IMG/VR virus record: IMGVR_UViG_3300035145_003630 | Length of the DNA stretch: 64,000 nt | Direction: 5' to 3' (one strand) | Source of the DNA: an uncultured virus (IMG/VR IMGVR_UViG_3300035145_003630) | Lineage: Duplodnaviria; Heunggongvirae; Uroviricota; Caudoviricetes | In this document: piece after piece, positions 58,822 to 64,000 of the stretch | Layout of the letters: each line of letters opens with the position of its first letter | Position numbering within the stretch: the first letter of the stretch is position 1 | The notes under the pieces: model-generated | The model's database searches: none | Told to the model about the DNA's origin: nothing | The model's input: only the letters and a program-made list of their open reading frames with translations | Made by a program: the position numbers and the translations under genes

Positions 58822-60174
58822 TTATTTTGAGATAAACACCCCTTCTTCGGCCATCTTTTCTACCGCCTCAGGAAGCTGTAGTTGTGGGTTTCCTTGAATG
58901 TTGATTACCTTCAAGTTTGGTAACTGAGCAATCTCCTCAGGGATTGTCTTCAAGTTAGGGTTGTTAGGGATTGATAAGAACTGTAGGTTCTCCAATTTCC
59001 CCAAAGACTTTGGAAGTGACTTAAGAATACCTTCAAAGTGAACCGCCATAAGGTTTTTGTAGTTACCCAACTGTTCAGGGATATCCATCGCCAAGTCCTT
59101 AACGTCTTGACTTCTGTATCCGTAACCACCACTACTCTTAGTGAAGTCAAACGATGTAATGTCGTTTGGTAAGTTTTGGAACAACTCATCAAACCCATAC
59201 AACGCAATATATTTAGAAGCCGCGTCTCTCGGGTAATCAATATTTACTTTCTTACCGTCCAATGATGTCATACCTTTTGCGAACTCAGGTTTGAACACCT
59301 CTTTCAATTCAGGGTTTTCCAATAAGAAATTAATCAAATCAATTGAACGGTCATTCGCATCCATGAACTGATTTGATGGGAAGTGGAACTGGTATCTCTT
59401 AGCAGGAAGACCTGATACTTGACCCACTTTAGGACCACCTGACATAAACTCTTCAGCCTTATTTGGAAGAACAACATATAATGGACCACTCTTAATGTAG
59501 TGGTTAAACATTGAACCACCAGGTGATGAAGTACACCATCCTGATTCACCCTTACCAGGTTTTTGGTCATTACCACCGTAGAAACATGCCGCGTCCCTAC
59601 CTAATTGACTTGAGTCACTAATTCTTACAACAGTCCAATTAGAACCTCTGAAGATTACTTCACCACCTGGGTGGTCGTAAGTCTTAGCCGCTTCTTCTTT
59701 TTCGTCCTTAGTTGCTTTGGTCTTCTCCAAAGAATATGGTAACATCAAATCGTTTAGTCTATCAATACTCAACTTATTAATGTCACGGTCCTCACGGTCC
59801 AATTTGTTTTTGAACCTCTCAAACTTTTCCAAGTCCTGAGTAACCTTATATAAATCTTCAAAAAACAAACGTAACTTTTCAGACTTCTCAGCTTTGAATG
59901 CTGGTGTTCCGTAGTCAGCCTCAATATTAGGCTCAATCTGTAGGAATTGCTTCAACAACCAATTCACATACTTACCAGCCTTTTTGATATCATCACCGTC
60001 CTTACGAGTTGTAGGGTCAGCAGAGATAATCTTATTGAAGTCCTCCTTACTCATACGAGCAGGTTTTGTCTTTTCACCTTTCTTTTTCGGCTCCGTGTAA
60101 GTCTTTAACAAAAGTTCGTAACGACCTTGTTCAAGAATTACTGTCTTTACTAAATTACTAAACTTAATTGCCAT
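58822..60174 (-). CDS. hypothetical protein with WCT motif and C-terminal leucine-rich repeats
   Basis: RDIN.L, ACFYG...GWCTS, YQFHF; LKSLPKSLGKLENLQFLSI..N LRRs. Confidence 0.8.
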   Translation of the reverse strand: MAIKFSNLVKTVILEQGRYELLLKTYTEPKKKGEKTKPARMSKEDFNKIISADPTTRKDGDDIKKAGKYVNWLLKQFLQIEPNIEADYGTPAFKAEKSEKLRLFFEDLYKVTQDLEKFERFKNKLDREDRDINKLSIDRLNDLMLPYSLEKTKATKDEKEEAAKTYDHPGGEVIFRGSNWTVVRISDSSQLGRDAACFYGGNDQKPGKGESGWCTSSPGGSMFNHYIKSGPLYVVLPNKAEEFMSGGPKVGQVSGLPAKRYQFHFPSNQFMDANDRSIDLINFLLENPELKEVFKPEFAKGMTSLDGKKVNIDYPRDAASKYIALYGFDELFQNLPNDITSFDFTKSSGGYGYRSQDVKDLAMDIPEQLGNYKNLMAVHFEGILKSLPKSLGKLENLQFLSIPNNPNLKTIPEEIAQLPNLKVINIQGNPQLQLPEAVEKMAEEGVFISK

Positions 60175-60251
60175 AGTGTTTGTTTTCCTTATAAATATAT
60201 GAATAAATAAAAGATTCTGTGTTACAACACCACAAAGATAAAGAAAAGGTT

Positions 60252-61151
60252 TTACAAATCCAAAGTAGTCTGACCCTTTTCCACCTCCTTATATGAACTC
60301 AGACCTTCAACTTCATAGTTCATAATTAAGAGTTCCGTTCCTTTGGATTGAGCCTTTCCACTACTTGCACCTGCAGCCTTGGAGAAGTCCTTAGTGACCC
60401 AAGCGTGACTCTCCTTTGGGAACCACTGGTGTAAAAGGTCAAAATCATAGTAAGATAAAGAATACTTAGACTCAACTTCCGATAATACGTTAGCAAGTCT
60501 TTCATGGTCGTCACGGTCAAAGTCATGATTAGAATAATAGTTTTCAGTTTTCCAATACGGTGGGTCCAAATAGATGTAAGTCGTTGGTGAGTCATACTTC
60601 TTTATGACCTCCTCAAAGTCCATGTTCTCAACATGAGTGATAGCCAAGAACTTCTTCACCCACTTCTCGTTCTTCAACTTATCACGGAAGGTCAGGTATT
60701 TTGATTTGTATTTACCCTTGAGGTCGATGAACTTAGAAGATTCAGGTTTACTTCCACTGAAGACCTGAGTAAGAATATACGCATACTTGGCAGCCACATC
60801 ATAGTCAGGACCGTCCACCTCAAACCCCTCAGCAAAGATTTCACTCTGAAATTGTTCAAACTGTAAACGATAAACCGCAGGTGTTGGAAACTCACCCTTC
60901 TGTTGACAGTCAATAGCCTCCACAGCCTTCAATAACTCTGTTGGGTTTTGAATACATTGGAACAGATTATAGTTCAATGGATTGAAGTCATTGTACACAA
61001 TACGTTTTAGGTTTGGATACTTTTCCATATCCATGTTATAGAAACACCAAAACATTCCACCGAATGTCTCCACATACGTTTCCATATCTTGTGGATAATA
61101 GTCCACAATCCATTTTCCAATTCTACTTTTTCCTCCGATATATGATAGCAT
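60252..61151 (-). CDS. Dam-like (D12 class) DNA adenine methyltransferase
   Basis: YIGGK, YVETFGG, YND, YLDPPY, ELLIMNY. Confidence 0.92.
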   Translation of the reverse strand: MLSYIGGKSRIGKWIVDYYPQDMETYVETFGGMFWCFYNMDMEKYPNLKRIVYNDFNPLNYNLFQCIQNPTELLKAVEAIDCQQKGEFPTPAVYRLQFEQFQSEIFAEGFEVDGPDYDVAAKYAYILTQVFSGSKPESSKFIDLKGKYKSKYLTFRDKLKNEKWVKKFLAITHVENMDFEEVIKKYDSPTTYIYLDPPYWKTENYYSNHDFDRDDHERLANVLSEVESKYSLSYYDFDLLHQWFPKESHAWVTKDFSKAAGASSGKAQSKGTELLIMNYEVEGLSSYKEVEKGQTTLDL

Positions 61152-61237
61152 AAAAAATCCTTTTCCACAAATATAGTAAATAAAAATGGAAAAGGCAAAT
61201 CTAAAAATGAAAAAACCCCTCCGTAGAGGGGATTTTC

Positions 61238-61450
61238 TTACTTACCGATTTTACTCATGACCCAAGCTTTTAGGATATCCCAATTACGTGTTGCAAAAAC
61301 ACCGAATGAGAAACCAGCCCAGATTTTGTATCCTGCAGCCCATAGTACAAGACCTACCAAAAGACCTAAAATACCTTCGACACCATTAGATACAATCCAG
61401 TCTTTGCAAATGCCAAAGACCTTTTTCACGAAATCTAATACTTTTTTCAT
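61238..61450 (-). CDS. small membrane protein
   Basis: hydrophobic core; TATTTATA upstream. Confidence 0.7.
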   Translation of the reverse strand: MKKVLDFVKKVFGICKDWIVSNGVEGILGLLVGLVLWAAGYKIWAGFSFGVFATRNWDILKAWVMSKIGK

Positions 61451-61575
61451 AGTGTATAATTTTACTTATAAATATAACAATCCGATGTTAAGTTTTACTT
61501 TAATACTGTATTATAGTTGATTCACAAACTATTTATTGTTAAGATAATGTAAATAAACCATTAAAATTAAGTAAT

Positions 61576-61914
61576 ATGAAACAGTTATTTACAACCCTAT
61601 TCGTCTTATTTGGTTTATCGTCTTTCGGTCAAAATGTTACCTTAACAGATTGGGACAACAACGACGTAATTGAATACGTTAAAACATCTGAGGACGGAAC
61701 TAAAATTGAAGAAGGTCATATATTAGCAGGTCAATACCACGGCAAATGGATATCCTATTTTAGTAGTGGTGAAGTGAGAGTCATCGCCCATTTCAACATG
61801 GGTAAAAAGGATGGTCAATGGAAATTCTATAACAAAGAAGGACAACTCACTCATGAAGTGGTCTATAAAGAAAACAAAAGAGTTAGTGCCGCTCAAACAC
61901 GTTATTTCGAGTAA
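61576..61914 (+). CDS. exported MORN-variant repeat (YwqK-like) protein
   Basis: signal peptide; GQYHGKWISY, GKKDGQWKFY repeats. Confidence 0.8.
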   Translation: MKQLFTTLFVLFGLSSFGQNVTLTDWDNNDVIEYVKTSEDGTKIEEGHILAGQYHGKWISYFSSGEVRVIAHFNMGKKDGQWKFYNKEGQLTHEVVYKENKRVSAAQTRYFE

Positions 61915-62076
61915 CAGTTCTTATAAGGACGACAAGAAGCTTTTTGAGAGAACCCCATATCTTTACATGGGGTTTTTTCACAATATGACTTACTCATCTT
62001 TCTCTCAGTGAGTTCCTCATCTATATACTTCTTCAATACATTTCTTATAATATCTTTCATATAAAATAAATATATT

Positions 62077-62217
62077 ATGGCAGAGAAAGAATGTTCACAG
62101 TGTAAAGAGAATCTAAACAGTATACAGACAGGTATGCTAATTCTATCTATCTACGTTTTAGTAGCATCAATCTATGGAACAATAAAACTTTTTGAGTTAG
62201 TTACCAGTTACTTCTAA
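62077..62217 (+). CDS. 46-aa CxxC plus TM peptide
   Basis: manual translation [10 protein letters not shown]...[14 protein letters not shown]. Confidence 0.55.
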   Translation: MAEKECSQCKENLNSIQTGMLILSIYVLVASIYGTIKLFELVTSYF

Positions 62218-63147
62218 AACCTCATCACGAGTTACACTCAACTTAATGAACAGGTCACCAGTGGAACCCTGAATACTATATCCCTTTCCTCGAACTCTTA
62301 ACGGTTTTTCCGTATCAAGAACTTCAGGTAAAGGGATATTGATTTTTGAATCAGGGTGTGGTACCTGAATTGAATCCATACTCATAAAGTCTTTCACATT
62401 TACTTTATGAGAATAGACCAGGTCATTGTTGATTTTTTCAAACCCCTCACCCTTAACCATATTAACTTTTAAGATTAAATCTCCGATACCTCTATTAGGA
62501 TAATAATCACCCTTACCCTGCAGTCTTAAGAAATCACCACTGTCAACATTCTTTGGAATATTCACCCTAACATTGGTGAACGAGTTTTTTATCCTCTGTC
62601 CTCCACAACTATGACAAGGATTAATTATATTATATCCTTCACCCCTACATTGAGGACAGTCAGATTCAACCACCTGAGCAAACATACCAGAACCAAATCT
62701 TTGTCTGACTCTACCGTGGCCCTGACACGTGTTACACACCTCACGGTCCCCACCAGTACCGTTACACCCATCACAACTCGTTCTGACCTGATAACTCAAT
62801 TCACGGTCGACACCATTATAAGATTCTATTGGATTAATATCTACATTAAGAATTTTATCAGGTGCTTGTGGTTTACGTCTCTGTTGTTGTTGTGCTTGTT
62901 GATTGAACATATTGAAGAAGTCCTCCATAGAACCTCCTCCTCCACCAAATGGATTCGGGTTATCATACTGTTGTCTTTTCGCCTCATCACTCAAAACACC
63001 GTATGCCTCACCTACCTCTTTGAACTTATCACCACCGTCAGGGTTTACATCTGGGTGATATTGTTTACTTAATTTCCTATATGCTTTCTTGATTTCGTCG
63101 GCTGACGCATCACGTGAGACACCTAAAATCTTATAATAATCTTTCAT
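62197..63147 (-). CDS. dnaJ: DnaJ (class A) chaperone
   Basis: [11 protein letters not shown], four CxxCxGxG zinc-finger repeats (last degenerate), C-terminal GDL domains. Confidence 0.95.
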   Translation of the reverse strand: MKDYYKILGVSRDASADEIKKAYRKLSKQYHPDVNPDGGDKFKEVGEAYGVLSDEAKRQQYDNPNPFGGGGGSMEDFFNMFNQQAQQQQRRKPQAPDKILNVDINPIESYNGVDRELSYQVRTSCDGCNGTGGDREVCNTCQGHGRVRQRFGSGMFAQVVESDCPQCRGEGYNIINPCHSCGGQRIKNSFTNVRVNIPKNVDSGDFLRLQGKGDYYPNRGIGDLILKVNMVKGEGFEKINNDLVYSHKVNVKDFMSMDSIQVPHPDSKINIPLPEVLDTEKPLRVRGKGYSIQGSTGDLFIKLSVTRDEVLEVTGN

Positions 63148-63790
63148 GGACAACTATATAATTGTATTGTTTAAGAATAAGAAAAAGAGACGAATAATCA
63201 AAGGTTACGCAACAGAAAGTAACGCTCGTCAAAAATTCAAAGCATTACTCAAAGAAAATGAGGTTCTTTTTCCTGTGGAATATGAGAACGCCGAGTATTG
63301 TGTTCATGAGTTGGGTCTCCTCACCACACAACGTGATTTTCAACTACCTCTGTTCTATACCGATGAATTTGGTAGAAATGAAAAAGTGTTTCTTGAAGGG
63401 GATAGTCATTATACCTTTATAGATATTGAACCGTACCAGTTAGAGGAAAAGATATACGACTGGCAAACAGACTCAAAGATTGATATGCAAAAACTCATAT
63501 ACGATTACTGTCCAATCAAAGAGATGAAAAGTATCTCCACCCTAAATAATAAGATTGTCATACAGATAGAAGAAGACTTCAAACTATTCTCATTAAAGAA
63601 CATTGATGATGCTCAACGAGCACTTAAGACTATGGAAAACTACTTCATAAAAAAGGGTCGTAAAGATGCCATTTTTGTTCGTGACATATCTACGACCCAA
63701 CGTAAGTGGTTATACGATGTACTTGAAAGAAACGGTTTTGATAGAAAGAAACTTTATCGTCAACACACTACTTACTCAAAACGAGAGTAA
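63146..63790 (+). CDS. hypothetical protein
   Basis: 214-aa ORF divergent from dnaJ. Confidence 0.75.
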   Translation: MDNYIIVLFKNKKKRRIIKGYATESNARQKFKALLKENEVLFPVEYENAEYCVHELGLLTTQRDFQLPLFYTDEFGRNEKVFLEGDSHYTFIDIEPYQLEEKIYDWQTDSKIDMQKLIYDYCPIKEMKSISTLNNKIVIQIEEDFKLFSLKNIDDAQRALKTMENYFIKKGRKDAIFVRDISTTQRKWLYDVLERNGFDRKKLYRQHTTYSKRE

Positions 63791-63995
63791 ACTCAATACC
63801 TGAAATATCTATAATAACTTGATTAGATTTTAAATCACGAGGACTTAGTAATCCCACCACATTTTTATATTCAACAGGTTCCAATTCTACTATCACAGAA
63901 ACTTTACCTTTATGGAATATTGAATTGTCCAAGATTTCAGAAACCTCAGCCAATTTTCTTAGTTCATCCCTAAAGTTTGTTTCAGTCTCTGCCAT
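63768..63995 (-). CDS. hypothetical protein
   Basis: 75-aa ORF at window end. Confidence 0.6.
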   Translation of the reverse strand: MAETETNFRDELRKLAEVSEILDNSIFHKGKVSVIVELEPVEYKNVVGLLSPRDLKSNQVIIDISGIEFTLVLSK

Positions 63996-64000
63996 AGCGT

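Noticed and set aside
1..64000. Stop-codon reassignment as in some large phages
   Set aside because: Known genes are full length in the standard code, and TAA, TAG and TGA all end tightly packed ORFs.
1..64000. Eukaryotic giant virus origin suggested by collagens, PLOD-like enzyme and rhodopsin
   Set aside because: Bacteroidota promoters, intrinsic terminators, overlapping operons, peptidoglycan hydrolases, a T9SS domain and a TonB receptor point to a bacterial host. Hallmark genes outside the window are needed to confirm.

Overview
The window is gene-dense, AT-rich, mostly minus-strand DNA that reads cleanly in the standard genetic code. It looks like part of a large (jumbo-type) bacteriophage genome infecting an aquatic Bacteroidota (Flavobacteriia-like) host. 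This origin is an inference, because no capsid, terminase or portal gene lies in the window. It rests on Bacteroidota-type TAnnTTTG promoters, a recurrent TATTTATA motif before many genes, a T9SS type-B sorting domain, a Bacteroidota-style TonB receptor, peptidoglycan hydrolases, S74-chaperone fibres and many short orphan ORFs. Four things stand out. (1) A compact operon (7006-10700) couples a short 7-TM microbial rhodopsin (DTQ motif, retinal Lys intact) to a PAS histidine kinase, a stand-alone receiver protein and membrane proteins, and is bracketed by an identical 27-bp terminator repeat. It is a candidate phage-encoded light-sensing two-component system. (2) A ~870-nt highly structured noncoding RNA (GOLLD-like) at ~20140-21045 has its own promoters and terminator. 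(3) Three very long Lys-rich, periodically interrupted collagen fibre genes sit next to three 2OG-Fe(II) oxygenases, a tandem GT17-like protein and a sulfotransferase, with a PLOD/LH3-like glycosyltransferase further along. Together these suggest an animal-like collagen modification pathway. (4) A TonB-dependent receptor lies behind a candidate attenuator. Also present are thyA, GPx, Trx, Grx, glutamine synthetase II, DnaJ, a Nudix hydrolase and two orphan DNA methyltransferases. All family calls are by motif recognition and were not checked by database search.
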